Below are positions 8,734 through 18,916 of a DNA stretch of 64,000 nucleotides, piece by piece. Positions within the stretch are counted from its first letter, which is position 1, and each line of letters starts with the position of its first letter. The position numbers were made by a program, and so were the translations under genes. This DNA is from Myxococcales bacterium. Its GTDB lineage: Bacteria; Myxococcota_A; UBA9160; SMWR01. The notes under the pieces were generated by a model. The model saw only the letters and a list, made by a program, of their open reading frames with translations, had not been told where the DNA came from and did not search any database. The stretch is from assembly GCA_022561775.1 (NCBI GenBank), contig JADFQO010000012.1:1018-65017 (forward strand), read 5' to 3'.

Positions 8734-9621
8734 ATGTATTGCAAATTCTACGGCCTGATCCGCCCGCCGTTCGAGATGACGCCCGACCCCGCATTTCTCT
8801 ACCTGGGTGAGACCCATCGGGAGGGGCTCGCCATCCTCGTCTACGGTGTGCGCTCCCGCAAGGGCTTCGTGATGCTCACGGGAGAGGTTGGAACAGGCAA
8901 GACGACCCTGCTCCACGCCCTGCTCGCACAACTCGATGCGAGCACCGATTCCGCCTACATCTTCAATCCCCGCCTCGAGCCGCTCGATTTCTTCAAACTG
9001 CTCTTCGATGATCTCGGGATCCAAGAGACCTGCACCAGCAAGGCCGAATATCTCCTGGCGCTGAATCACTTTCTGATCGATCGGTTGAAGAACGATCGGA
9101 CGGTGCTCTTGATCGTCGACGAGGCGCAGAATCTCTCTCGCGAGATGCTGGAGGAGATCCGGCTGCTTTCGAATCTCGAAACGCCGAACTCCAAGCTGAT
9201 TCAGATCGTGCTGGCCGGGCAACCGGAGCTCGGAGAGATGCTCGATCGGGATGACCTTCGCCAGCTGCGGCAACGCATCGTGTTGCGCCACGAGCTGAAG
9301 CCCTTCGACGCCGCCGAATTGGAGTATTATGTCGAAGAGCGACTTCGACTCGCCGGGTATACGGGAAAGGGAATTTTCAAGCGCTCTGCGCTTCGCGAAC
9401 TCTTCGCGGTTACGGGTGGTGTGCCCCGCCTCGTGAACGTGGTGTGCGATGGAGCCTTCCTGACCGGTTACGGGCGCGATCAGTCTACCCTGGGCGCGGA
9501 GGTCATCCGCGAAGTGGCGAACGATCTACACCTGGACCAGGATCCAGCCGCAGGCGAAACGGGTAATCCAGCTCCTGGCTTCGGCCAGTGGCGGCGCGGT
9601 TGGTTGGGTCTGTTTCGATGA
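8734..9621 (+). CDS. ExeA-like AAA ATPase (PEP-CTERM locus-associated secretion ATPase type)
   Basis: MYCKFYGL..PF...P....LY......EGLA, Walker A GEVGTGKTT, Walker B LLIVDEAQNL, LAGQPEL. Confidence 0.85.
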   Translation: MYCKFYGLIRPPFEMTPDPAFLYLGETHREGLAILVYGVRSRKGFVMLTGEVGTGKTTLLHALLAQLDASTDSAYIFNPRLEPLDFFKLLFDDLGIQETCTSKAEYLLALNHFLIDRLKNDRTVLLIVDEAQNLSREMLEEIRLLSNLETPNSKLIQIVLAGQPELGEMLDRDDLRQLRQRIVLRHELKPFDAAELEYYVEERLRLAGYTGKGIFKRSALRELFAVTGGVPRLVNVVCDGAFLTGYGRDQSTLGAEVIREVANDLHLDQDPAAGETGNPAPGFGQWRRGWLGLFR

Positions 9622-9641
9622 GCCGGGAGAAGACGCAGTAG

Positions 9642-10493
9642 ATGGCCAAGGTATACGACGCTCTTCGGCGCGCCGAAGAAGATCGCAAGCGCCTGCTCGG
9701 CGACAAATCGAACCGGCCCGCACCGTTGAAGGTGGAGCCCGTCGGTCCCGCCGCGGAGCGCATCGATCGCAGACCGGCCTGGAAGCGGGGCGGTGAAGTC
9801 CTGACGCCACGCCCTGGTCCGGACGGATCTGCGGAGCTGAACAAGCGCCGAATCGCGTTGCTTCAGCCCAAGTCCTACGTCGCCGAGCAGTTTCGCGCCC
9901 TGCGCGGTCGCATCGATGCGATCGCGAGTCAGCGTCCGATCACGACGATTTCGATCACGAGCGCATTTCCGGGTGAGGGAAAGACGACGTGCGCGATCAA
10001 CCTGGCGATCGTCACCAGCATGAGCCTGGGGCGGCGCGTTCTGTTGATCGACTGCGATCTGCGCCGACCCAAGATTCATCCCGCGTTGGGATTGAGGCCG
10101 GAGACCGGTCTCGCGGAGGTGCTCACGGGTGCTTCCTCGATCGATGAAGCGATTGTGTCTGCCGAGGGTGTGCGGTTGGATGTACTGCCGGTATGCGGTA
10201 GACCCGCCAACCCTTCGGAGCTGCTCGGCTCGCCCGAGATGAGCCGACTGATCGAAGAGGTCGCCGGCCGCTACGACCGCGTCATCATCGACACGCCGGC
10301 CGCGCTCGGCCTGCCGGACGCGAAGGCCGTGAGCGAACTCTGTGACGGCATCGTGATGGTCGTTCGAGCGGACGTTACGGCCCGATCGGATATCGAGGCG
10401 GTACTCGAGATCCTGGATCGACAGCGGATCCTGGGGCTGTTGATCAACGGCGTTACGATCGATCAAGGGCGCTACGGTTACGCGGCTAACTGA
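9642..10493 (+). CDS. BY-type protein tyrosine kinase / EPS co-polymerase ATPase (CpsD/EpsG-like)
   Basis: Walker A SAFPGEGKTT, Walker A' LLIDCDLRRP, Walker B RVIIDTPA. C-terminal ...GRYGYAAN contains Tyr residues. Confidence 0.85.
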   Translation: MAKVYDALRRAEEDRKRLLGDKSNRPAPLKVEPVGPAAERIDRRPAWKRGGEVLTPRPGPDGSAELNKRRIALLQPKSYVAEQFRALRGRIDAIASQRPITTISITSAFPGEGKTTCAINLAIVTSMSLGRRVLLIDCDLRRPKIHPALGLRPETGLAEVLTGASSIDEAIVSAEGVRLDVLPVCGRPANPSELLGSPEMSRLIEEVAGRYDRVIIDTPAALGLPDAKAVSELCDGIVMVVRADVTARSDIEAVLEILDRQRILGLLINGVTIDQGRYGYAAN

Positions 10494-10612
10494 GCTACCC
10501 AATCGGGAATTCAACGGTCGCCACGTGAAGCTGGGGAGCCGGATATGTTGGGGCGCTCGCTGTGCTGGATTTTGTCCGGGGCGCGCAGCGCTTTGACTGA
10601 ATCGATGGGTCG

Positions 10613-11707
10613 ATGTACGCGCACGAATACCTGATTCCACTCGCCGTTGCCTTCGGGGTCGCTGCCCTGATGACCCCCCTCGTGATGAGATTGGCGATCG
10701 CCGTAGGGATCACCGATCAACCGAGCGAGCGTTCCGTCAGCCGCCGCCCCAACATGCCGCTTCTCGGAGGCATGGCGGTGGGACTGGGATTCGCGGCCGG
10801 GCTGGCCGTGGCGATCCGGCAGGTCGAGCTAACGATTCCCGCGGGCCATCTACTTGCGCTGACCCTGGGTGGAGCGCTCATCATCGCAACCGGAATCTAC
10901 GACGACCGTTTCGGGATGAAAGCATGGGCAAAGCTCAGCGTGCAGATCGTTGCTGCTCTACTCGCCATCGGGTCTGGATACGAGATCGATCACCTCACGG
11001 AGCCGTTTACCCGCACCACATTCGTTCTTCCGATGTGGCTAAGTTGGCCCGTCACGGTCCTCTGGATCGTCACCATCACGAATGCGATCAACCTGGTTGA
11101 CGGACTCGATGGGCTCGCGGCCGGTGTCGCTGCAATCATAGCCGCCACCCTGACCTTTCTCGCCGCCCAGGCTGGAGAGTTCTTCGGCGTCTGCGTTGGT
11201 GTTGCCATGGTCGGCGCGCTGCTCGGTTTCCTGCCGTTCAATTTTGCACCCGCTCGGATTTTTCTAGGCGATACCGGAGCGCTCTTCATCGGATTCGTGC
11301 TCTCGCTCCTCGCGCTCGAGGGTTACCGCCAGGTCACGCTGCTGACCTTCGTCGTACCGGTTCTCGCTCTCGCCGTGCCGATTCTCGATACCACACTCTC
11401 GGTGGTTCGGCGCTTGCGAAATCGTTCGCGGATCTTCAGCGCCGACCGCCTTCACATGCACCACCGCATGCTCGAATCTGCGGGGTCGGCGCGTCACGCG
11501 GTGCTGCAGATCTACCTCCTCACCGCGGCCTTCTGCTTGGTCGCCCTGGCATTCTGCAAACTCAGTGGTTATATGGCGTTGCTCTTTCTCGGGGCGGTCG
11601 CCCTTCTCACCTATCGACTCGTCACGAACCTCGGGGATTTGGCAACTACCGCGGATCAGGCTGCTTCCGGAGGACTGAACCAGAATTCTGGCGATGACGA
11701 GCCGTGA
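10613..11707 (+). CDS. undecaprenyl-phosphate sugar-1-phosphate transferase (WecA/MraY family, GT4)
   Basis: Polytopic membrane protein with DxP...R...PxLGG and NAINLVDGLDGLAAG motifs. Confidence 0.85.
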   Translation: MYAHEYLIPLAVAFGVAALMTPLVMRLAIAVGITDQPSERSVSRRPNMPLLGGMAVGLGFAAGLAVAIRQVELTIPAGHLLALTLGGALIIATGIYDDRFGMKAWAKLSVQIVAALLAIGSGYEIDHLTEPFTRTTFVLPMWLSWPVTVLWIVTITNAINLVDGLDGLAAGVAAIIAATLTFLAAQAGEFFGVCVGVAMVGALLGFLPFNFAPARIFLGDTGALFIGFVLSLLALEGYRQVTLLTFVVPVLALAVPILDTTLSVVRRLRNRSRIFSADRLHMHHRMLESAGSARHAVLQIYLLTAAFCLVALAFCKLSGYMALLFLGAVALLTYRLVTNLGDLATTADQAASGGLNQNSGDDEP

Positions 11708-12705
11708 CGCCCCGGCGCGCACTGATTACCGGCGTGACGGGACAGGACGGCTCATACCTGGCCGAACTCCTCCTCGCCAAGGGTTACGAGGTTCACGGAG
11801 TGGTGCGGCGGTCGAGCACCGAGACGTTCGAGCGCATTGCCCATCTCCGCGCGCGGATCAGGCTCCATCAGGCGGACCTGCTGGATCAGAGTTCACTGGT
11901 GAGCGCGCTTCGTGCAGCTCGACCCGCCGAGGTGTACAACCTCGCCGCTCAATCCTTTGTTCCGACGAGCTGGATACAGCCTTCGCTCACCGGAGAGTTC
12001 ACCGCAATTGGTGTCACGCGTGTGCTCGACGCCATTCGACTCATCGACCCCGAGATCCGCTTCTATCAGGCGTCGAGTTCGGAGATGTTCGGAAAAGCGC
12101 GTGAGGTGCCCCAGAACGAGGCGACTGCCTTCCATCCGCGTAGCCCCTATGCGGTCGCGAAGGTGTACGGCCATTGGATCACCGTCAATTATCGCGAAAG
12201 TTACGATCTATTCGCCGTATCCGGGATCCTGTTCAACCACGAGTCGCCGAGACGAGGCCGCGAATTCGTCACGCGAAAGATCTCCGAGGGCGTCGCCCGG
12301 ATCAAACTCGGTCTGGACGACGAGTTGCTCCTGGGAAGCCTCGAAGCGAAAAGGGATTGGGGCTATGCGCCGGAGTACGTCGACGCGATGTGGCGCATGT
12401 TGCAGCAGCGCGAGCCGGTCGACTACGTGATCGGCACGGGCGTGCAGCACACCGTGCAGCAGTGTGTCGACATCGCGTTTCGCCACGTGGGTCTCGATCC
12501 CAGCGATTTCGTCCGAGTCGATCCGGATCTGATCCGACCTGCCGAAGTCGACCTTCTGCTCGCGGACGCGACCAAGGCGCGTGAGTCCCTGGGGTGGAGA
12601 GCCGAAACGAATTTCGAGAAGCTCGTCGGCATCATGGTCGAGGCGGATCTGGAGCGACAAGAGCGATCCAGCGGACGACGGCGCGGTCAGGGAGAGTCGC
12701 GATGA
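11704..12705 (+). CDS. gmd: GDP-mannose 4,6-dehydratase
   Basis: RALITGVTGQDGSYLAELLLAKGYEVHGVVRRSS, SSSEMFG, SPYAVAKVY, ILFNHESPRRG. Confidence 0.92.
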   Translation: MTPRRALITGVTGQDGSYLAELLLAKGYEVHGVVRRSSTETFERIAHLRARIRLHQADLLDQSSLVSALRAARPAEVYNLAAQSFVPTSWIQPSLTGEFTAIGVTRVLDAIRLIDPEIRFYQASSSEMFGKAREVPQNEATAFHPRSPYAVAKVYGHWITVNYRESYDLFAVSGILFNHESPRRGREFVTRKISEGVARIKLGLDDELLLGSLEAKRDWGYAPEYVDAMWRMLQQREPVDYVIGTGVQHTVQQCVDIAFRHVGLDPSDFVRVDPDLIRPAEVDLLLADATKARESLGWRAETNFEKLVGIMVEADLERQERSSGRRRGQGESR

Positions 12706-13661
12706 GCCGGCCCGAACGGATTCTCGTGACGGGCGCGGCGGGCTTCCTCGGCTCCACCCTGGTCGACCGACTCCTCGCGGAGGGTCGCGAGGTAGTGGGC
12801 CTCGATTCTTTCGATCCGTTCTACCCTGAGGAGCAGAAGCAGCGAAATCTCGCTTCGGCCCTGGGTGCCGCTACTTTCCAGCTCGTGCGGGGCGACATCC
12901 GAAATGCGGACAGCGTCGCGTCGCTGTTCAATGAGACGCGCTTCGACTCGGTCGTGCACCTCGCCGCGCTTGCCGGTGTTCGTCCGAGCCTTGAGCGCCC
13001 GGCCGTCTTTGCCGACGTCAACGTTCATGGGACCACCGTCGTGCTCAAGGCGGCTGTAAATCACGGAAACCCTCGCGTGGTCTTTGCCTCGTCGTCGTCG
13101 GTCTACGGCGAGAGAGAGGACGGGCCCTTTCGCGAGACCGATTCCGTCGAACGTCCAATATCGCCCTACGCGGCGACCAAGCGAGCGGGCGAACTCGTCG
13201 CACATACCTTCCACCACGCCCACGATCTTTCGGTCACGTGTGCGCGAATCTTCACCGCCTATGGCCCTCGTCAACGACCGGACCTCGCGATTCGAAAATT
13301 TGCGGAGCGAATGCTCGACGGGATGCCGATTCAGGTCTTCGGGGACGGACATAGCCTGCGCGACTTCACCTACGTCGACGATATCGTTGACGGTCTCGTG
13401 AAAGCGATCGACCGGGATCTGGGTTTCACGATCTTGAACTTCGGTGCGGGAAGAAAAGTTACGGTGCTCGAAGTGATCGAACTGCTCGAAAAAACGCTGA
13501 AGGTTCCCGCAGAGATCGAATGGCTTCCGGCCCAGACCGGAGATGTCCGCCGCACGTGGTCGGACACTCGTGCGGCTCGCGAAGCTCTCGGATTCGAACC
13601 GCAGGTTTCACTCGAAGAGGGAATCGAGCGCTTCGCTGATTGGCTCGGGGATCGCGGGTGA
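12702..13661 (+). CDS. NAD-dependent epimerase/dehydratase (UDP-glucuronate 4-epimerase-like)
   Basis: ILVTGAAGFLGSTLVDRLL, GLDSFDPFYPEEQKQRNL, SSSSVYG, SPYAATKRAGE. The ATG overlaps the gmd stop (ATGA). Confidence 0.8.
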   Translation: MSRPERILVTGAAGFLGSTLVDRLLAEGREVVGLDSFDPFYPEEQKQRNLASALGAATFQLVRGDIRNADSVASLFNETRFDSVVHLAALAGVRPSLERPAVFADVNVHGTTVVLKAAVNHGNPRVVFASSSSVYGEREDGPFRETDSVERPISPYAATKRAGELVAHTFHHAHDLSVTCARIFTAYGPRQRPDLAIRKFAERMLDGMPIQVFGDGHSLRDFTYVDDIVDGLVKAIDRDLGFTILNFGAGRKVTVLEVIELLEKTLKVPAEIEWLPAQTGDVRRTWSDTRAAREALGFEPQVSLEEGIERFADWLGDRG

Positions 13662-14605
13662 GTGTGAAGCCGAACGGGCGTCTCGCTCTCGTGACGGGTG
13701 GCGCTGGATTCATCGGTGGCCATCTGGTGGAGGGGCTGCTGAGGGCGGGCTGGTCGGTTCGCGTGATCGACGATCTGTCGACGGGATCCGAGCGGAATCT
13801 GGCGCCCGCGATGGACCGGATCGAATTCACTCGCGGCAATATCTGCGATGCCGATGCGATGGAGCGCGTCATGGGCGGAGTCGAGGTGGTCTTTCACCAG
13901 GCCGCCATGGCGTCGGTGCCGCGGAGCGTCGCAATGCCGCTGTTGACCAACAGCATCAATATCGACGGAACGCTGCTGGTGTTGGAGACTGCCCGGCAAT
14001 CTGGCGTGCGCCGCGTCGTGTATGCCGCCTCGTCGTCGGCTTATGGAGACACCGAGGTGCTGCCGAAGGTCGAAACCCTGCCCGCGACCCCGCTGTCACC
14101 CTACGCGTTGCAGAAGTACACCGGTGAGGTGTACTGCCGTCTCTACAGCGAGCTCTACGGCCTCGAGACCGTTTCGCTGCGTTATTTCAACATCTTCGGT
14201 CCGAGGCAGGATCCCAACAGTGACTACGCGGCTGTGATTCCGTGCTTCGTCACAGCAGCACTCGCGGACAGACCGCCCGTGATCTACGGCGATGGCGATC
14301 AGACCCGCGACTTCACCTACGTAGAGAACGCCGTCCAGGCGAATCTGCTCGCTGCCGATGCGGATCGCGCTTCTGGTTCTGTGATCAACATCGCTGCGGG
14401 AAAACGCACGTCACTCAACGATCTCTGGAAGAATATTCGGAAAATCGCCGGTACCGACGTCGAGGCTCGTCACGCAGCCCCCCGACAGGGCGATGTCAGG
14501 GACAGTCTCGCGGGTCTGACGCTCGCGTCGGATCTGCTGGGTTACGAGCCCGGCGTCGATCTCGACGCGGGTCTTGGCCGAACGATTGCGAGCTTCCGCT
14601 CGTAA
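13658..14605 (+). CDS. NAD-dependent sugar epimerase (WbpP/TviC-like UDP-HexNAc 4-epimerase type)
   Basis: ALVTGGAGFIGGHLVEGLL, DDLSTGSERNL, YAASSSAYGD, SPYALQKYTGE. A GTG overlaps the preceding stop; the track ORF start at 13640 is an alternative. Confidence 0.8.
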   Translation: MSVKPNGRLALVTGGAGFIGGHLVEGLLRAGWSVRVIDDLSTGSERNLAPAMDRIEFTRGNICDADAMERVMGGVEVVFHQAAMASVPRSVAMPLLTNSINIDGTLLVLETARQSGVRRVVYAASSSAYGDTEVLPKVETLPATPLSPYALQKYTGEVYCRLYSELYGLETVSLRYFNIFGPRQDPNSDYAAVIPCFVTAALADRPPVIYGDGDQTRDFTYVENAVQANLLAADADRASGSVINIAAGKRTSLNDLWKNIRKIAGTDVEARHAAPRQGDVRDSLAGLTLASDLLGYEPGVDLDAGLGRTIASFRS

Positions 14606-14630
14606 TGCGCTCGCGAACGGAGTTGGAACG

Positions 14631-15941
14631 ATGAATGTTTGCATGATCGGAACCGGCTACGTGGGATTGGTAAGCGGCGCCTGTTTTGCGGAATTCGGTG
14701 TGCAGGTGGTCTGTACGGACAACGACGACGAGAAGGTTGCCGCGCTTCAGAGCGGGTCTGTCCCGATCTATGAGCCGGGTCTCGAGGAGCTCGTCGAACG
14801 CAATGTTCGCCAGGGGCGCCTCTCGTTTACCACCGATACTGCCCAGGCCATCAACTCTTCCCTGGTCGTATTCATCGCTGTTTCGACGCCGTCTCGCCCG
14901 GACGGCTCGACGGACCTGACGACGGTCGAGGCCGTGGCGCGCGAAATCGGCCGCTCGATGATCGGCTACAAGGTGATCGTCACCAAGAGCACGGTCCCGG
15001 TCGGAACTTTCGCAAAGGTGAGGGGTTGGATCGAAGAAGAACTCGCTGCGGCCGGGCGCGAAGTGAGATTCAGCGTCGCGTCGAATCCCGAGTTTCTTCG
15101 CGAGGGTGCGGCGATCGGAGACTTCATGCGACCGGACCGCGTCGTGATCGGCACCGAGGACGTCGAGGCTACCGCGATCCTGAACGATCTCTACCGACCG
15201 CTCTACCTGATCGAGGCCCCCGTACTGGTGACGGATATTCCGACCGCAGAACTGACGAAGTACGCCGCAAACGCTTTTCTCGCGACGAAGATCTCCTTCA
15301 TCAACGAAATGGCGAACCTCTGCGAGAAGGTTGGAGCCGACGTGCACGCGATCGCGCGCGGGATTGGGCTCGATCGGCGGATCGGCTCGAAGTTCCTCCA
15401 CGCGGGTCCGGGCTTTGGCGGCTCGTGTTTTCCGAAGGACACCCGATCGGTTGCGCACTTCGCGCGCGAGGTGGGTCAGGAACTCGAGATCATCGAAAGC
15501 GTAATCCGGGTCAACGAGCGCCAGCGCGAACGAATGGTCGAAAAGATCGTGGAGGCTCTCGACGGTGAGATCGACGGGCGAACCATCGGGATCCTGGGTC
15601 TCTCCTTCAAAACCGAGACCGATGACATGCGCGATGCGCCGTCCTTGGACATCATTCGCGGGCTCGAAAAAAGAGGTGCGCGAATTCGCGCCTATGACCC
15701 CCAGGCGATGCGAGAAGCTTCGAAGCTCCTCCCCGGTCTCGCCACCTGCAAAGACGCCTACGAGGCGTGCAGCGGAGCCGACGCACTCGTGCTGATCACG
15801 GAGTGGAATCAGTTCCGGATGCTGGATCTCGCGCGCGTCAAATCGCTCTTGCGGCAACCGGTGATCGTCGATCTGCGGAATATCTACGAGCCCGGACCGA
15901 TGCAGGAGGCCGGCTTCCGGTACTTCTGCGTGGGTCGCTGA
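14631..15941 (+). CDS. ugd: UDP-glucose 6-dehydrogenase
   Basis: MNVCMIGTGYVGLVSGACFAEFG, NPEFLREG, GFGGSCFPKD, LSFKTETDDMRDAP. Confidence 0.92.
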   Translation: MNVCMIGTGYVGLVSGACFAEFGVQVVCTDNDDEKVAALQSGSVPIYEPGLEELVERNVRQGRLSFTTDTAQAINSSLVVFIAVSTPSRPDGSTDLTTVEAVAREIGRSMIGYKVIVTKSTVPVGTFAKVRGWIEEELAAAGREVRFSVASNPEFLREGAAIGDFMRPDRVVIGTEDVEATAILNDLYRPLYLIEAPVLVTDIPTAELTKYAANAFLATKISFINEMANLCEKVGADVHAIARGIGLDRRIGSKFLHAGPGFGGSCFPKDTRSVAHFAREVGQELEIIESVIRVNERQRERMVEKIVEALDGEIDGRTIGILGLSFKTETDDMRDAPSLDIIRGLEKRGARIRAYDPQAMREASKLLPGLATCKDAYEACSGADALVLITEWNQFRMLDLARVKSLLRQPVIVDLRNIYEPGPMQEAGFRYFCVGR

Positions 15942-17026
15942 TGGCGAGACTCGAGGACTCGCTTCACGCAGTGATCCTCGCCGGTGGCGCAGGTGAGCGA
16001 TTCTGGCCGGCGTCGCGTCAGGCGGTCCCGAAGCCCTTTCTGAAAGTCATCGGCGGCAAGAGCCTGCTGGCGTCCACCCTGCTCCGGACCCGTCGCGTTG
16101 CGGATGCCGAGCGCATCTGGGTCGTGGCGGGTCGCGAGCACGCGAAGGCCGTGCGGGCCGAAACCGGGCTTCCAGCCCGTCGGGTACTCGTGGAGCCGAT
16201 GCGCCGCAACACCGCGATGGCGGTCGCCTACGCGGCCGCCCGGATCCGATCCGAGGATCCCGATGCGGTCATGCTGGTGTTGCCCGCGGATCAGGTGATT
16301 CCAAATCTGCGCGCCTTCCGAGCGGCGATTCGCAAGGCCGCTCGCGCCGCGCTCGAGGCCGATGTGCTCGTCACTCTGGGCGTAGAGCCGAAGCGGCCCG
16401 ATACCGATCTGGGCTACATCCAGCGCGGTCTCGCCGTCGGCCCGAAAGCGCCGGGCCTTTACCGGGTGCGGCGTTTTGTCGAGAAGCCCAACGAGAAGAC
16501 CGCACGGCGCTACCTCGAGCGCGGAGACTATCTCTGGAATGCTGGCATTTTCGCATGGTCAGTGCGCGCGATTCTCGATGAGCTCGAGGCCCATGCGCCG
16601 GATCTCCACCGGTTGTGGGGCCCGATGCTCGGCTCGCGGCGCCGGCCGACCGCCGAGCAGCTGCGCGGGATCTACCGCCGCGCGCCATCGGTCTCGATCG
16701 ACGTCGCCGTCCTCGAGCGCAGCCGCCGGGTCTGGACGCTGCCGGTTCGCTTTCACTGGAACGATGTCGGCACCTGGGCGTCTCTCGCGGAGGAACTGGG
16801 TGTGAGGCCCGGGCGCTCCAGATCCGTCGCGGGTCGGTTGGTCGAATGCGACTCGGGAGCGAATCTCGTCTGGAGCGAGGATCGCACGATTGCTCTTCTG
16901 GGAGTTGAAGGGCTCGCGGTGATCGATACCCCGGACGCTCTGCTCGTCGCACGCCTCGAGAACAGTTCGGACGTGCGGAAGGTGGTGGCCCGGTTGAAGT
17001 CGAGCGGTCGAAGCGACATCACGTGA
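15941..17026 (+). CDS. manC: mannose-1-phosphate guanylyltransferase (no PMI domain evident)
   Basis: AVILAGGAGERFWPASR..PKPF, LPADQVI, WNAGIFAW, W.DVGTW. The ATG overlaps the ugd stop (TGATG). Confidence 0.85.
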   Translation: MARLEDSLHAVILAGGAGERFWPASRQAVPKPFLKVIGGKSLLASTLLRTRRVADAERIWVVAGREHAKAVRAETGLPARRVLVEPMRRNTAMAVAYAAARIRSEDPDAVMLVLPADQVIPNLRAFRAAIRKAARAALEADVLVTLGVEPKRPDTDLGYIQRGLAVGPKAPGLYRVRRFVEKPNEKTARRYLERGDYLWNAGIFAWSVRAILDELEAHAPDLHRLWGPMLGSRRRPTAEQLRGIYRRAPSVSIDVAVLERSRRVWTLPVRFHWNDVGTWASLAEELGVRPGRSRSVAGRLVECDSGANLVWSEDRTIALLGVEGLAVIDTPDALLVARLENSSDVRKVVARLKSSGRSDIT

Positions 17027-17047
17027 GTGCGTTGGACCGGGAGGTGG

Positions 17048-17731
17048 ATGGAAGTCGCCATGGCTCAATCCCACAAACCTGAAGCGATCGCGTCACTGCG
17101 CGCGATTCCGATGTACTCCGGTGTATCGATCGAGGCTCTCGAGTCGATCGCATCGCTGTTGATCGAGCGCAGCTTTCCGAAACACAAAGCCATTGTCGAA
17201 GAGGGAGCGCCCGGCGACTACATGTACATCATCGTCGAAGGGCGCGTGAAGGTCAGCAAGCTCTCCGGCGATGGGCGCGAGAAGATTCTGGAGCTGCTCG
17301 AAGTCGGTGATTTTTTCGGCGAGATGTCTCTATTCGACGAAGCGCCCCGCTCGGCCAGCGTGACGGCGCTGTCCCAGGTCCGCATCCTGGCCCTCGCGCG
17401 CAACGACTTCCTGGGCCTCCTCGCCCGCAGTCCCGACCTCGCTCTTTCCGTGATCCGGGAGTTGACGCGTCGGCTTCGACAGGTCGACGAGCAGGCGAGT
17501 TCGCTTTCTTTTCAGCGCGTGAAGGAACGCACCATGGGCTTACTGGTTCGCCTGGCCCGGGAAGAGCCGGGCCAGGCGGGTCGCCGTAGGACCCCGGTGC
17601 TCACCCACCAGCAGATCGCCGACATGATCGGAACCTCCCGAGAGACCGTTACCCGCGCCATCAAGGGTCTCAAGCTGGAAGGCTGGCTCGAGCAGGACGG
17701 TAAGCACTACCTCGTCCCGGCAGAGGATTGA
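17048..17731 (+). CDS. Crp/Fnr family transcriptional regulator
   Basis: cNMP-binding fold (GDYMYIIVEGRVKV...FFGEMSLFDEAPRSASVTA) and C-terminal HTH (THQQIADMIGTSRETVTRAIKGL). Confidence 0.85.
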   Translation: MEVAMAQSHKPEAIASLRAIPMYSGVSIEALESIASLLIERSFPKHKAIVEEGAPGDYMYIIVEGRVKVSKLSGDGREKILELLEVGDFFGEMSLFDEAPRSASVTALSQVRILALARNDFLGLLARSPDLALSVIRELTRRLRQVDEQASSLSFQRVKERTMGLLVRLAREEPGQAGRRRTPVLTHQQIADMIGTSRETVTRAIKGLKLEGWLEQDGKHYLVPAED

Positions 17732-17767
17732 GGTCAGGCGCTAGCTGAAGCGCGCCGATAACGAGGC

Positions 17768-18916
17768 GTGGCGAACCATCCCGATACAGCACAGTGGATT
17801 CTCACCTCGATGAGTTCCGGGGTCGTCGCGATCGACGCCCGGGGCGAGGTGGTGATGCTTAATCCCGGCGCTCAGCGTATTCTCCGCTGTCCTGAAGGAG
17901 AGTCGAGCGACGCCTTTGGGAAGCCGTGTCTCGAAGTGCTTCGCCTCCAGCCGACGGTCGCGCGGCTGCTGCTGGAGACGCTGGACGGGCGAGCTGCGTT
18001 GTCCCGCGCCGAACTCGTTCTAGAAGGCGTCCGTGGCGAACTGGAGAGCACCATCGGCTTCACGCTGACTCCGGTGCGGGACCCCGAGGGCGAGGTTTGC
18101 GGAGCGGCGATTGTTTTTCGCGACCTGACGCCCTTCGAGCGAATGGACGAGCAGCAGCGGCTTCACGAGAGGCTCGCCGCGTTGGGCCAAATGGCCGCGG
18201 GGCTCGCCCACGAGATCCGAAATCCCCTCGCGGGCATGGAGATCGTCACCGGGTTGTTGAAGCGGCGTCTGGCCGATCGAGACGAGGAGTGCTCGCTCGT
18301 CACGCAGCTCCAGAGCGAAGTCCGATCGCTCGCTCGAACGGTCGAAGACTGTCTGGAGTTCGTCCGGCCGATTTCCCCCGAGCGCGGCCCGGTCGACCCC
18401 GTAGACCTCGTGAACGAATCCCTCGACACCGCACTCAAACGGTCCTCGTTTTCCGGCGTGATCGAGCGCGCGTTCGATGAAGAGCTTCCGCAGTTGAACG
18501 CCGACGTCGATCAACTGCGAGCCGTGGTCACCAACCTGATCCTGAACGCCCTGGAGGCCATGGACGGGGAGGGAGAAGACAGCGAGAAGCGACTCGTGCT
18601 GGGCCTGAACCACCTCGTCATCCCGCCAATCGATCGATCGGTTCGCGTGGGAGTCGATGGGCGAGCGGCGTCGGATGCCGTGGCACGCCAGGAGATCGTC
18701 ATCACCGTGTCGGATACGGGTCCCGGAGTTCCAAATGAATTGAAGGAGAAGATCTTCTACCCGTTCTTCACCACCAAGCAGAGCGGATCTGGAGTTGGCC
18801 TCGCGACTGCACAGAAGATCGTCGCGGGTCACGGCGGAGCGCTCGAACTCGATTCCGAGGCGGGTAGGGGTTGCTCGTTCCGGGTGCGCCTTCCGATCGA
18901 GGACGAGAAGCCGTGA
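17768..18916 (+). CDS. cytoplasmic PAS sensor histidine kinase (NtrB-like)
   Basis: PAS (SGVVAIDARGEVVMLNPGAQRIL), H-box LAHEIRNPLAGM, N-box NLILNALEAM, G-boxes DTGPGVP and SGSGVGLA. No N-terminal TM segments. Confidence 0.85.
   Translation: MANHPDTAQWILTSMSSGVVAIDARGEVVMLNPGAQRILRCPEGESSDAFGKPCLEVLRLQPTVARLLLETLDGRAALSRAELVLEGVRGELESTIGFTLTPVRDPEGEVCGAAIVFRDLTPFERMDEQQRLHERLAALGQMAAGLAHEIRNPLAGMEIVTGLLKRRLADRDEECSLVTQLQSEVRSLARTVEDCLEFVRPISPERGPVDPVDLVNESLDTALKRSSFSGVIERAFDEELPQLNADVDQLRAVVTNLILNALEAMDGEGEDSEKRLVLGLNHLVIPPIDRSVRVGVDGRAASDAVARQEIVITVSDTGPGVPNELKEKIFYPFFTTKQSGSGVGLATAQKIVAGHGGALELDSEAGRGCSFRVRLPIEDEKP

Noticed and set aside
14496-15857. 453-aa ORF on the minus strand
   Set aside because: It is entirely antisense to ugd, which has unmistakable UDP-glucose dehydrogenase motifs. 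The ORF is Arg/Gly/Asp-rich with no motifs. Long antisense ORFs like this are the usual artefact of high-GC DNA.
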